Of a stretch of 64,000 nucleotides of DNA, positions 1-9,374 are shown one piece after another; position 1 is the first letter of the stretch; each line of letters starts with the position of its first letter. The notes below the pieces were generated by a model that saw only the letters and a program-made list of their open reading frames with translations, was not told the origin of the DNA and made no database searches. Origin of the DNA: an uncultured Chloroflexota bacterium. Lineage in GTDB: Bacteria > Chloroflexota > Limnocylindria > Limnocylindrales > CSP1-4. The position numbers and the translations under genes were made by a program. The stretch spans positions 34,903 to 98,902 of the forward strand of contig CAIJPD010000055.1 in assembly GCA_903822495.1 (NCBI GenBank), given 5' to 3'.

Positions 1-19
1 CGTCGAGACGGCGGTCATA

Positions 20-844
20 TCAGTCATTCCAGGGGGCCACCTTCCGCTCGATGAACCTGGCCAGCTCGAGGAGCAGCAGCGCCTCGGCGATGACGAAGAG
101 GACGGTCGCGAAGACGTACGCGGGCTGCAGCCGGTCGCGGTACTCCAGGAGCAGCTTGCCGACGCCGGTGGCGACCAGGAGGAGCTCCACCGCGACCATC
201 CCGGTCAGGGCCCGGCCCAGGCCGATCCGCAGCCCGGCGAACATCGCTGGCACCGCCGACGGGATGACCACCTTGGTCCAGATGGTCCGCTCGCTGGCGC
301 CGAAGGCGTGCGCCATCTCCACCAGGCGCTGGTCAACGCTCCGGACCCCGGCCCGCGTGTTGACGTAGATGAAGATGACGGCGAAGAGGATCACGATGCT
401 GACCCGCGCGGCCAATGAGAGGCCAAAGGCCGTGATCGCAATGGGGACCAGCGGCGCCACCGGGATGGCCAGCAGGATGGCGGTATAGGGGCTGAGGGCG
501 CGGTCCAGGATGCGGCTGCGGCCGGCGGCCAGCCCCAGCGGGACGGCCGTGACCGCGGAGATGGCGAAGCCCAGGACCAGGGCGGCGTTGCTGTTGAGCA
601 TCGCCTCCCAGATCCGGCCGTTGCCGAACATGAGGTCCCACGCCGCCACCATGGTGTCGCTGAACGTGGCGATTCCGATGTTGTGGGCGAGCCGTGCGGC
701 CACCTCCCAGAACGTCAGGAACGCGACGAGCACGGCCAGCCGGAGGAGGCGTGCCCGCCGGCGATCATGGTCGCGGGCGGCGACGAGGCGGGAAGCGGAG
801 CCGGCCGCCGCTTGCAGCGGCGGCCGGCTCGCAGCCTGTGCCAA
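20..844 (-). CDS. ABC transporter permease, NitT/TauT (SsuC/TauC-like) family
   Basis: 274-aa hydrophobic multi-TM ORF with a binding-protein-dependent permease core and an EAA-type loop (EMAHAFGASERTIWTKVVIPSAVP). It lies 17 nt downstream of its SBP gene. The track start is TTG, so the true start is uncertain. Confidence 0.8.
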   Translation of the reverse strand: MAQAASRPPLQAAAGSASRLVAARDHDRRRARLLRLAVLVAFLTFWEVAARLAHNIGIATFSDTMVAAWDLMFGNGRIWEAMLNSNAALVLGFAISAVTAVPLGLAAGRSRILDRALSPYTAILLAIPVAPLVPIAITAFGLSLAARVSIVILFAVIFIYVNTRAGVRSVDQRLVEMAHAFGASERTIWTKVVIPSAVPAMFAGLRIGLGRALTGMVAVELLLVATGVGKLLLEYRDRLQPAYVFATVLFVIAEALLLLELARFIERKVAPWND

Positions 845-860
845 TGGGGTGCGGCCGGGC

Positions 861-1955
861 TTACTTCGCCTGGCCGACGAGTTGGAGCGCCTTGGTGCGG
901 ACGGTGGTGTTGGTGAGGGTGTCGGCCGCGAGGCCCGCCTTCAGGTCGCCAGTCCCCGTGAAGAACGTCAGGGCGTTGGCCACCTTGGTGGTGTCACCGC
1001 CGTTGGCCGGCCATGCCTTGATAGCGGCCGAGGTGATGTACGTGTTGACCAGGCTGACCGTGGGATTGTTGGTCGTGAAGACCGGGATGAACTTGATGAT
1101 CGCGGGCTGCACGATCGTGTGGTCCTCCTGGATCATCGCGAAGGTCTTGAGGATCTCCGCGAAGAACGCCACGGCCAGGTCGGGGTTCTTGGTCGCCCAG
1201 GCGTTGTTGACCCAGTAGTGCGCCCCGGTGATGTCGTACGTGGTGCCGGTGTCCAGGAGCTTGAACTTGCCCGGAGCGCGGGCGTCCAGGAGCAGCCAGT
1301 CCGCCATCTGGGCGATGGTCGCGTCGAGCTGGTCCTTCTCCATGGCGATGGTGCGGTTGTCGCCGCCGGAGATGATGACGTCCTGGCCCGTGGCGCCGCA
1401 GGCCTTGAGCCAGTTCTTGGTCACCACGGTGACGGGAGCCGCCGCGCCCTGGTAGCCGATCCGCTTGCCATCGAGGCTCTTGCAGTCGGCCAGGGAGGCC
1501 TTGGCGATCATCACGAACTCGCCGCCGTTGTTCTCGCCCAGCCAGCCCACGCTCCCGGCCGTGCTCGCCTGGAGGGCGCGTGCCGCGTCGAGGACCTGGG
1601 CCTGGGCAAACTGGACGTCACCCTGGACGAGCGCCTGGGTGTTGAGCGACGTGCTGGTGAACTCGACGTAGCTGGCCTTCCAGCCCTGGCTGTTGATGCG
1701 GTCCACCGTCATGGCGATGGGCAGCGTCGCGAAGGCGAGCACCGAGGGCAGGCCGATCTTGATGGTCAGGTCACCCGACGGCTTGGGGATGGCCAGGTCT
1801 GCGGCCTTGGGCTTCGCCGTGGGGCTGGCGGCGGCCGCCTGGCTGGCGACCGGCGCCTTGGTTGGCGCCGCCGTGGGCGCCGGTGTCGCCGCCCCTGAGC
1901 AGGCGGTCACCAGCATGGTGGTACCAACGAGCAGCCCGATGAGTCGAGAACGCAT
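861..1955 (-). CDS. ABC transporter substrate-binding lipoprotein (NMT1/THI5-SsuA-like)
   Basis: ORF 861-2075 trimmed to the ATG at 1955. The N-terminus MRSRLIGLLVGTTMLVTACSG looks like a signal peptide plus lipobox Cys. Size and adjacency to the NitT/TauT permease fit an SBP. The ATPase gene is presumably upstream of the window. Confidence 0.7.
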   Translation of the reverse strand: MRSRLIGLLVGTTMLVTACSGAATPAPTAAPTKAPVASQAAAASPTAKPKAADLAIPKPSGDLTIKIGLPSVLAFATLPIAMTVDRINSQGWKASYVEFTSTSLNTQALVQGDVQFAQAQVLDAARALQASTAGSVGWLGENNGGEFVMIAKASLADCKSLDGKRIGYQGAAAPVTVVTKNWLKACGATGQDVIISGGDNRTIAMEKDQLDATIAQMADWLLLDARAPGKFKLLDTGTTYDITGAHYWVNNAWATKNPDLAVAFFAEILKTFAMIQEDHTIVQPAIIKFIPVFTTNNPTVSLVNTYITSAAIKAWPANGGDTTKVANALTFFTGTGDLKAGLAADTLTNTTVRTKALQLVGQAK

Positions 1956-2271
1956 CACGACAGTCACCCCGATCACTCCCTGCGCCCCGAGACGGGACAT
2001 GAGGCGCAGGATAGGGGGGCCGAATGGCCCTCGCAAGGCGATTCCGCAGCCTCCGTGCAACCCACCGGTCGGCACCGGATGACGGCCGCGCGCTCGGTGC
2101 GGTGCGGTCCGGGGCGGTCACTTTCGGTCCCGGACCGCGCTGCGCGGTCACCCGGCCCGCCGACCACGACGCGGCGTAGGATGCCCCGGTCGACATGGTG
2201 GCCCAGCGAGGTGGACCCGCCATGGGCAGGTTCGCGTGTGGGATGGAACCACCCGAATTGGAGGGCTGATC

Positions 2272-3045
2272 GTGGCGGTCTGGGACCCCTTCCTCACCGA
2301 GCGCGACCGCCAGGTCTTCGCCGGGACCGGCCATGGGCGGGCCGCCGGGTTCGGGCGCCGGCCCGTCGTCATGGTGATCGACGTGAACTACTTCTTCTGC
2401 GGCGACGTCCGCGAGCCCATCCTCGAATCGATCAAGCGCTGGCGGAATGGCTGCGGCGAGGAGGGGTGGGCCGCCGCGGACCGGATCGCCGAGTTGCTGG
2501 CCGTGGCCCACCGGCAGGGCATCCCCGTCATCTACTCCACCGGGACCGAGCGCCGCCCCGACGGCTGGGGGCGCGGCCGATGGGGCGACAAGGTGTCGCG
2601 CAAGGATCCCGCCGCGGTGGAGGCGGCGGCCTATGCCAACACCATCCTGCCGGCCGTGGCGCCGCAGCCCCAGGACCTGGTCATCCGGAAGGCCAAGCCC
2701 AGCGTCTTCTTCGGGACCCTGCTGGCGTCGTACCTGGTCGACCTGGCGGCCGACACCATCATCGTCACCGGCGGCGTGACCAGCGGCTGCGTGCGCGCCA
2801 CCGTCGTGGACGGCTTCGCGTACAACTACCGGATGGGCGTGGTGGAGGAGTGCACGTTCGACCGGGGCCAGGCGACGCACGCGCTCAACCTGTTCGACCT
2901 CCAGCAGAAGTACGCGGACGTGATCTCGCTCCAGGCGGCCGGCGACTACCTGGCCTCGCTGCCGGCCGGCCTCTTCGACGACCAGATGCCGTCGCTCCGC
3001 GGGGCGCGGGAGGCGGCGCCCGGCGGCTCGCGGGCGACCGGGTGA
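2272..3045 (+). CDS. isochorismatase-family cysteine hydrolase (amidase-type)
   Basis: GTG at 2272 is preceded by GGAGGG (2260-2265). Triad contexts are present: VVMVIDVNYFF (Asp), KPSVFFGT (Lys), IVTGGVTSGCVRATVVD (Cys). Confidence 0.8.
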   Translation: MAVWDPFLTERDRQVFAGTGHGRAAGFGRRPVVMVIDVNYFFCGDVREPILESIKRWRNGCGEEGWAAADRIAELLAVAHRQGIPVIYSTGTERRPDGWGRGRWGDKVSRKDPAAVEAAAYANTILPAVAPQPQDLVIRKAKPSVFFGTLLASYLVDLAADTIIVTGGVTSGCVRATVVDGFAYNYRMGVVEECTFDRGQATHALNLFDLQQKYADVISLQAAGDYLASLPAGLFDDQMPSLRGAREAAPGGSRATG

Positions 3046-3088
3046 CAGCGCCGCGTGCGACGCGCAGCAAGTGCACCAAGCCGCGCCG

Positions 3089-5110
3089 TCAGCGCGCCGC
3101 CACCCCCAGCGCCCCGATCGCCGTCACCGAGGACGGGTTCTCCAGCGACGAGAGATCCCCCGGCTCCAGGCCAAGCCAGGCCGCCCGCGCCACGCGGCGC
3201 ATGATCTTGCCGCTGCGCGTCCGCGGCAGTTCCGGCACCACCACCACCCGTGCCGGCCGGAGCGGCTTGCCCAGGCTGTTGGCCACCGCGTCCGACACCT
3301 CCCGGGCCAGCGTCTCTGCCTCCACCCGCGCGTCGCGGCGGACCACCACCAGGACCACGGCCGCCTCGCCCTTGACCGCGTCCGGGACCCCGATGGCGGC
3401 CGCCTCCATCACCGCCGGGTGCGCGACCGCGACGGCCTCCAGCTCAGCCGGCCCAACGCGCTTGCCGGCGATCTTGAGCGTGTCGTCCGAGCGGCCGTGG
3501 ACGTACCAGAATCCGTCCAGGTCGCGTGTCGCCCAGTCGCCGTGGACCCACGTGCCGGGGAAGCGCCGCCAGTACGTGTCCAGGTAGCGCTCCCGGTCGG
3601 CGGGCGTGCCGCCCCAGAAGCCGCTGGTCATCCCGGGCCACGGGCCGCGCAGCACCAGCTCGCCGACATCGTCCACCAGCGTCGCCCCATCCGGACCGGC
3701 CACGTCAGCCGCCATCCCCAGGCAGGGGCCGTTGAACGAGGTGGGTCGGATGGGCCGCAGCGGCGAGGCGCCCAGGATCCCGCCGGCGATCTCGGTGCCG
3801 CCCGTGTAGTTGACGATCGGCAGCCGCCCACCGCCGGCGACCTGGAAGAGCCACGTCCATGGGTCGGGGTTCCACGGCTCGCCGGTGGAGCCCAGCACGC
3901 GCAGGGAGCTCCGATCGTGATCGAGCACCCATGCGTCGCCCGCGACGCGCAGCATGCGAACCAGCGTGGGGCTCACGCCGAGGTGGGTGATCCGGTGGCG
4001 GGCGACCAGCGACCAGACCCGCCCGGCGTCGGGGTAGTCGGGCGCCCCCTCGAAGATGACCAGCCGGGCACCCAGCAGGAGCGTCCCGATGATGGCCCAG
4101 GGGCCCATCATCCAGCCGAGGTCGGTGATCCAGCACAGCGCATCGCCCGAGCGCAGGTCGAAGGTGTGGGCCAGGTCCTGCGCCGCCTTGATCGGGAAGC
4201 CGCCGTGGACATGGACGGTGCCCTTGGGCGCCCCGGTGGTTCCCGAGGTGTAGATGACCATGAACGGCGTCTCGGGATTCACCGGTCCGATTGGCCTGGC
4301 GACGGCCGACAGCGAGGCTGACTGGCGCGCCGTGGGCATCGAACCCCAGCGGGCATCGCGGTCGGGGTCCGACAGGTCGGCGGGCAACCCGCCGGAATCG
4401 AGTCGCTCCACGACCAGCACGCGCCGAACCCCGGGACAGTCCGCCACCGCCTCCGCCGCGACCTGGGCCATCGGCACCGGCTTGCCACGGCGCAGAAAGC
4501 CGTCCGCCGTGACCAGGTGCGTCGCCTCGAATGTGCGCAGCCGAGACGCCACCGCCGGCCCCGCCAGCCCGCTGAAGATGGGCGTGAAGACCGCCTGGAG
4601 CCGGCCCAGCGCCAGCACCGTGACCGCGGTCTCGACCAGCATCGGCAGGAAGATCCCCACCCGCGTCCCGGGCCCAACGCCGTGCGCGGCGAAGCGGTCC
4701 GCCGCCGCCTCCACGGCCGCCACCAGCTCGCCACCCGTCAGCCGGCGCACCGCCCCGTCGTCGCCCTCCCAGGAGATCGCCTCGTCGTCCGGCCGCCCCG
4801 CCCAGCGGTCGAGCACGGCGGCCGCATGATCAAATGCCCCGCCCTGCCACCATGTCGGCCACTCGGGGCCGGCGCCCAGGTCCAGCACCCGGCTCCACGG
4901 CCGTGACCAGGAGAGCCCCAGATCGTCCACCGCGAGGCCCCAGAACCAGGCCGGATCCGCCACGGCCCGCGCCTGCAGCGCCTCGAGTGTCCCGGTCCCG
5001 GAGGCACGCAGCAGGGCCGCGGGGCGGCTGTCGTTGAGCAGCTCCGGCCCGGGCCGCCATGGCGCCTCGGCGTCGGGCCGGGCGAAGGTGCGAGGCTCCA
5101 GCGCGCTCAT
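3089..5110 (-). CDS. AMP-forming acyl-CoA synthetase (acetyl-/acetoacetyl-CoA synthetase-like)
   Basis: ORF 3089-5356 trimmed to the ATG at 5110 (MSALEPRTF). Adenylate-forming motifs are present: YTSGTTGAPKG, GDWATRDLDGFWYVHGRSDDTLKIAGKRVGPAELE, LPRTRSGKIMRR. The start overlaps the stop of the upstream UbiD-like gene. Confidence 0.85.
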   Translation of the reverse strand: MSALEPRTFARPDAEAPWRPGPELLNDSRPAALLRASGTGTLEALQARAVADPAWFWGLAVDDLGLSWSRPWSRVLDLGAGPEWPTWWQGGAFDHAAAVLDRWAGRPDDEAISWEGDDGAVRRLTGGELVAAVEAAADRFAAHGVGPGTRVGIFLPMLVETAVTVLALGRLQAVFTPIFSGLAGPAVASRLRTFEATHLVTADGFLRRGKPVPMAQVAAEAVADCPGVRRVLVVERLDSGGLPADLSDPDRDARWGSMPTARQSASLSAVARPIGPVNPETPFMVIYTSGTTGAPKGTVHVHGGFPIKAAQDLAHTFDLRSGDALCWITDLGWMMGPWAIIGTLLLGARLVIFEGAPDYPDAGRVWSLVARHRITHLGVSPTLVRMLRVAGDAWVLDHDRSSLRVLGSTGEPWNPDPWTWLFQVAGGGRLPIVNYTGGTEIAGGILGASPLRPIRPTSFNGPCLGMAADVAGPDGATLVDDVGELVLRGPWPGMTSGFWGGTPADRERYLDTYWRRFPGTWVHGDWATRDLDGFWYVHGRSDDTLKIAGKRVGPAELEAVAVAHPAVMEAAAIGVPDAVKGEAAVVLVVVRRDARVEAETLAREVSDAVANSLGKPLRPARVVVVPELPRTRSGKIMRRVARAAWLGLEPGDLSSLENPSSVTAIGALGVAAR

Positions 5111-6513
5111 CGCAGGTCTCGCTCGGCCAGGAAGTCCTCCGGCCGGATCGCCCGCCAGACCTCGTCGGGGACATCCGCGCGCGGCTGGACGGGCAGGTCC
5201 GCCGGCCGGGTGGCGTCCACGATCCACTTGGCATTCACCCCGCCGCGGCGGGTCCGATCGTTGGGCTGGTGGGCGGACGGGTCCAACTCGTTGGTCCAGG
5301 CGTCGGGGATCACGATGATGTCGCGGTCGGCCTGCACGCGGGTCGCCACGGCCCACATGACGTCCGCCTCGTTGAAGACATCGATGTCGTCATCGACCAC
5401 GATCACCTGCTTGAGGAACGAATCGGACGCGAAGGCCGCCATCGCGGCCTGCTTCGCGGCCCCGGGGTAGGCCGCCCCGATGGAGACATACGCCGTGAAC
5501 CGGCACGTCCCGGAGAGCGGCATCGAGACCGCCTTGAGCGAGGGGACCGCGGCCCGAACCCGCTGGCGGAGCAGCGCCTCGCGCGGCAGCATGCCCAGCA
5601 GGTTGTGCTCCGCATGCGCGGAGAAGACGTCCAGGTAGATGGCGTCCCGGCGACGGGTCACCGCCGTGATCTCGGCGACCGGGTTCATCTCCGCGGGCCC
5701 CAGCGTCCAGGTGAACTCGCCGAACGGCCCCTCCGGCTCCCGGATCCCGGGCAGGATCCGGCCCTCCACCACGATCTCCGCGTCGGCGGGCACCTCCAGC
5801 GCGATGGTCTCCGCCGGCACCATGCGCAGCGCCTCGCCAAGCAGCCCGCCGGCCACCTCCAGCTCGTCCACGTCGATGGGGCCGCGGTACTGGGAGGCCA
5901 GGAGGAGCGCCGGGTGATGGCCCAGGACCCAGGCCACCTCCAGCGCCTCGCCCTTCGCCTCGGCCTTGTTGTACAGGTAGCGCAGGTTGGTGGCAGCCGA
6001 CGGGTAGATCCGGACCTTCCGCTCGGACACGATCTGGGTCCGATAGACGCCCGCGTTGTAGATGCCCGTGTCGGGGTCCCTCGCCAGCACCACGCCCGAG
6101 GCGAAGTACGGCCCCGCGTCGGCCCCGCAGTGGACGATCTGGGGCAGGTCAAGGATGTTGGCCGCCTCCCCGGTCATCACCACCTCGCGCACGGGGACGG
6201 ACGCCCCGCGCTCCAGGTGCTCCACGGGGATCAGCCGGTCCTGGCGGCGCAGGTACTCGTCCACGACCTGCTCGCCGGAGACGCCGAAGACGAAGCCCAG
6301 CCGCTCGCGCGTGGCCAGCGCGTTAGCCACCACGCGGCACGAGGTCCCCTTGACGTTCTCGAAGAAGAGCACGGGATGGCGGCCATCCGCCTGGAGGCGG
6401 CGGATGAGCCCCGTCAGCTGCAGGTTGGGGTCCACCTCGCGCGTGATGGTGGCCAGGGAGCCTGGCGGCGCGGATTCCAGCGCGTCCAGGAACGATCGAA
6501 GATCGGCAGGCAT
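5107..6513 (-). CDS. UbiD-family (prFMN-dependent) decarboxylase
   Basis: ORF 5107-6945 trimmed to the ATG at 6513 (MPADLRSFLDALE), giving 468 aa. UbiD-like segments include HPVLFFENVKG and EPEGPFGEFTW. The stop at 5107-5109 overlaps the acyl-CoA synthetase start at 5108-5110. Confidence 0.85.
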   Translation of the reverse strand: MPADLRSFLDALESAPPGSLATITREVDPNLQLTGLIRRLQADGRHPVLFFENVKGTSCRVVANALATRERLGFVFGVSGEQVVDEYLRRQDRLIPVEHLERGASVPVREVVMTGEAANILDLPQIVHCGADAGPYFASGVVLARDPDTGIYNAGVYRTQIVSERKVRIYPSAATNLRYLYNKAEAKGEALEVAWVLGHHPALLLASQYRGPIDVDELEVAGGLLGEALRMVPAETIALEVPADAEIVVEGRILPGIREPEGPFGEFTWTLGPAEMNPVAEITAVTRRRDAIYLDVFSAHAEHNLLGMLPREALLRQRVRAAVPSLKAVSMPLSGTCRFTAYVSIGAAYPGAAKQAAMAAFASDSFLKQVIVVDDDIDVFNEADVMWAVATRVQADRDIIVIPDAWTNELDPSAHQPNDRTRRGGVNAKWIVDATRPADLPVQPRADVPDEVWRAIRPEDFLAERDLR

Positions 6514-6655
6514 GGCAGTCCCCCTTGCTCGGCCGGGCTTCGGCCCGCGTCCGTGGAATCCCTGCGCGGCGGCGCATCCCGCAGGGTATTGTGCGCTCGG
6601 GAACGGCGTCCACGAGTACCGACGCCGGGCATGCGCCGGACCACAGGAGGTCGAG

Positions 6656-7537
6656 ATGAAGATCGGCATCGGGCTGCCCATTCGCGAGGCCCACATCGAC
6701 GGCGAGTTCATCACCGAGTGGGCGCGCCGCGCCGAGGCCGCGGGCTTCTCCAGCCTGGCCGTGACCGACCGCGTGGTCCTCAACGCCAAGGAGCCGCTCA
6801 TCGCACTGGCCGTGGCGGCAGCCGTCACGCAGCGGATCCGCCTCATGACTACGGCCGTGGTGGTCCCGACCCGCGAGACCACCCTGCTGGCCCGCCAGTG
6901 TGCGTCCATCGATGCGCTGTCCGGGGGCCGCTTCTCCCTGGGCATCGGCGTCGCGGTCCGCGAGGAGGACTACATCGCCACCGGCTACGACTACCACAAG
7001 CGTGGCAAGCGCCTGGACGAGCAGCTGCCCATCCTGAAGCGAATCTGGGCGGGCGAAGCCGCCGACCCGGAGAAGAAGATCGGGCCCATCGGGCCCATCC
7101 CGGTTCGACCCGGCGGCCCGGAGGTGCTGATCGGCGGCTATCTCGCCTCCGCGGTGATCCGTCGGACCGTCGCCTGGGGCGACGGCTTCCTGGCGCCGGA
7201 CGGCATGGCGCCGGACCAGGTCGCGGGCCTCATCGGCCAGGTCAACGAGGCGTGGACGGCGGCCGGCAGGGCCGGGACACCGCGCAACGTGCACGGCGGC
7301 TACTTCGCGCTGGGCCCCAACGCCGAGGCGCAGGCCGACGAGTACACCGAGGTCAACTACGGCTTCAAGCCGGAGCTGGCCGCGCGGATGCGCAAGGGCA
7401 TCGTCACCAGCCCCGAGGCGATCCGCGAGATGCTCAAGCGCCGCGAGGACGCGGGCGTGGACGAGTACGTCTTCCGCCCGTGCACCGAGCAGCTGGACTC
7501 CGTGAGCCAGCTGGCGGACGTGGTCGCCGGCCGGTAG
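6656..7537 (+). CDS. LLM-class (luciferase-like) F420/flavin-dependent oxidoreductase
   Basis: ORF 6062-7537 trimmed to the in-frame ATG at 6656 (MKIGIGLPIRE). The TIM-barrel LLM pattern is present: FSSLAVTDRVV, LMTTAVVVPTRETTLLARQCASIDALSGGRFSLGIGV. Confidence 0.8.
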   Translation: MKIGIGLPIREAHIDGEFITEWARRAEAAGFSSLAVTDRVVLNAKEPLIALAVAAAVTQRIRLMTTAVVVPTRETTLLARQCASIDALSGGRFSLGIGVAVREEDYIATGYDYHKRGKRLDEQLPILKRIWAGEAADPEKKIGPIGPIPVRPGGPEVLIGGYLASAVIRRTVAWGDGFLAPDGMAPDQVAGLIGQVNEAWTAAGRAGTPRNVHGGYFALGPNAEAQADEYTEVNYGFKPELAARMRKGIVTSPEAIREMLKRREDAGVDEYVFRPCTEQLDSVSQLADVVAGR

Positions 7538-7580
7538 GCGCGCGACCGGGCCGCGATGGCCCGCGCCGGATACGAAGAAC

Positions 7581-7609
7581 GGGGAGCCGGCCGGCTCCCC
7601 GTTTCGATT
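7581..7609. terminator. bidirectional intrinsic terminator between convergent genes
   Basis: Perfect 20-nt palindrome GGGGAGCCGG/CCGGCTCCCC (7581-7600). It is followed by GTTTCGATT and preceded by GAAGAAC, and lies between the stop at 7537 (+) and the stop at 7626 (-). Confidence 0.7.
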
Positions 7610-7625
7610 CGCGGTGAGCGCCGCT

Positions 7626-8399
7626 TCAGCGATCCGGCGGGTTGCGGGGGTCCTCCAGGATCCGGCCATAGCCCCTGACCCCGCCCGGGTGGCCCATTGC
7701 CCGGAGACCCGCCCAGATCATCGTGTTGGGGACCGTGAGCACCGGGACCCCGGTGGCGTCCTCCAGCGGAGCCGTGTGCTCACCCACCGGCCAGAGCGGG
7801 CACGTGACAAAGAGCACCTCGGCCGTCCGGTCGCGGTCGAAGACCTCCATGCCCTTGACGTACGGCGCGTCCTGCGGGAGGGCGCGCACCTGCGCCAGGC
7901 CGTGGGTGGGGTAGCCGCCAATCGCGGTCACCTCGTAGCCGGCCGCGGTCAGGTACCGCACGATGTGGTCGTTCTGCGCGTCGCGGAAGGGCGAGGCCAC
8001 GGCCAGGCGACGGACGCCCAGCCAGTCCAGGCAATCCGTCACGGCTGTCATGGCGGTGGCGGCGCCGCGACCGGTGATGTCCGCGATGTCGTCCCGGAGG
8101 CGGCGGTCCCAGGCCGGACCCATCGCCGACTGGATCAGGTCCCCGGTGACCACGGTGAAGTCCGGGTGGCCGTACGCCTCGATGCCACGGACCACGTCGA
8201 GGACCTGTGGCCGCTGGACGGCGTCGAAGCCGGACCCGTCAAAGACCTCCGCCTCCATCATGGCCGTCGAGAGGGGCATGGCGAAGACCTGGAGGCGGAC
8301 GTCGCGCGGGGTCATGGCGAAGACGTCCATCGAGTCGCGGTCGAGCGGACCCGGCTTGAGCCAGGCGATGGTGCCGGTGGACGATCGGGTGCTGGTCAT
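7626..8399 (-). CDS. Asp/Glu/hydantoin racemase superfamily protein (maleate isomerase / arylmalonate decarboxylase-like), paralog 1
   Basis: ORF 7626-8990 trimmed to the ATG at 8399, preceded by GGGGGAGG. The 257-aa product aligns end to end with the neighbouring paralog (GTIAWLKPG..DVFAMTP...VTGDLIQSAMGPAW...TAMTAVTDCLDW...ASPFR...NTMIWAGLRAMGHPGGV.GYGRILEDP). Confidence 0.65.
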   Translation of the reverse strand: MTSTRSSTGTIAWLKPGPLDRDSMDVFAMTPRDVRLQVFAMPLSTAMMEAEVFDGSGFDAVQRPQVLDVVRGIEAYGHPDFTVVTGDLIQSAMGPAWDRRLRDDIADITGRGAATAMTAVTDCLDWLGVRRLAVASPFRDAQNDHIVRYLTAAGYEVTAIGGYPTHGLAQVRALPQDAPYVKGMEVFDRDRTAEVLFVTCPLWPVGEHTAPLEDATGVPVLTVPNTMIWAGLRAMGHPGGVRGYGRILEDPRNPPDR

Positions 8400-8503
8400 C
8401 GTGGGCCTCCCCCGGGTCGAGGCGGGCCACGGCTCGGCCGGCGGCCCGTGAATCGAACGGCCGGCGGGGCTCACGCCCGGCCGGCCGGCGGTTCGATCGC
8501 GCG

Positions 8504-9274
8504 TCAGCCCTTCGGCGGGTTGATCGGGTCCTCCAGGATCCGGCCGTAGCCCTTGACCCCGCCCGGGTGCCCGATGGCGTGGAGGCCGGCCCAGATCATG
8601 ACGTTCAGGACGGTCATGACCGGGACGCCCGTGTACTGCTCCAGGTCGTTGATGTACGGGGACGGGTCCCAGACCGGGCAGCCGATGAGCAGCGCGCCGG
8701 CGCTGCGGTCCTCGTCGAAGACCCGCTTGCCCAGCGTCAGGGCGGCGTCCTTGGGGAGCGCCTTGACGTCGCGCATGCTGTGCGTGTCGAAGCCGTCGAT
8801 GCTGGTGACCGTGTAGCCGGCCTCGGTGAGGTACTTGTGCATGTAGTCGTTCTGGCTCTTCCGGAACGGCGTCGCTACCGCGACCTTCCTGGTGCCGATC
8901 CAGTCGAGGCAGTCCGTCACGGCGGTCATGGCCGTGACGCCCTTGGCGCCGCTGATCCGCTCGATGTCCGCCACCAGCGCCTGGCCCCACGCGGGGCCCA
9001 TCGCGGACTGGATCAGGTCACCCGTGACCGAGATGTACGCCGGGTGGGCGTAATCCTTCATCCCCTGGACCGTCTCCAGGACGCCCGGCCGCTGGTTGCG
9101 GTCGAACGACGAGATGTCGAAGTTGGGGTTCTCCATCATGGACACGGCGGCGGTGTTGGTGAAGACCGCCAGCTTGACGTCCAGGGGCGTCATGGCAAAC
9201 ACGTCGAGCGACTCGCGGTCGAGCGCGCCCGGCTTCAGCCAGGCAATGGTCCCGTACTTCTTGTCCTCGGCCAT
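8504..9274 (-). CDS. Asp/Glu/hydantoin racemase superfamily protein (maleate isomerase / arylmalonate decarboxylase-like), paralog 2
   Basis: 256-aa ORF with the ATG at 9274 preceded by GGGAAGGA. It is colinear with paralog 1 over its whole length. Confidence 0.65.
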   Translation of the reverse strand: MAEDKKYGTIAWLKPGALDRESLDVFAMTPLDVKLAVFTNTAAVSMMENPNFDISSFDRNQRPGVLETVQGMKDYAHPAYISVTGDLIQSAMGPAWGQALVADIERISGAKGVTAMTAVTDCLDWIGTRKVAVATPFRKSQNDYMHKYLTEAGYTVTSIDGFDTHSMRDVKALPKDAALTLGKRVFDEDRSAGALLIGCPVWDPSPYINDLEQYTGVPVMTVLNVMIWAGLHAIGHPGGVKGYGRILEDPINPPKG

Positions 9275-9374
9275 GGATGTCCTTCCCTTCGGAGATGGGC
9301 GGAGCCCCGTCGGTCGACGGAGCTCCGGGTTCTGCGGGGTTGGGCGTGGGCGGCGCGTGCCGCCCGCGAGCTAG

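Noticed and set aside
5059-7617. 852-aa plus-strand ORF, and the long N-terminal extensions of track ORFs 3089-5356, 5107-6945 and 6062-7537
   Set aside because: The extensions run through neighbouring genes in other frames. Homology-like sequence begins at internal ATGs (5110, 6513, 6656), which fit operon spacing.
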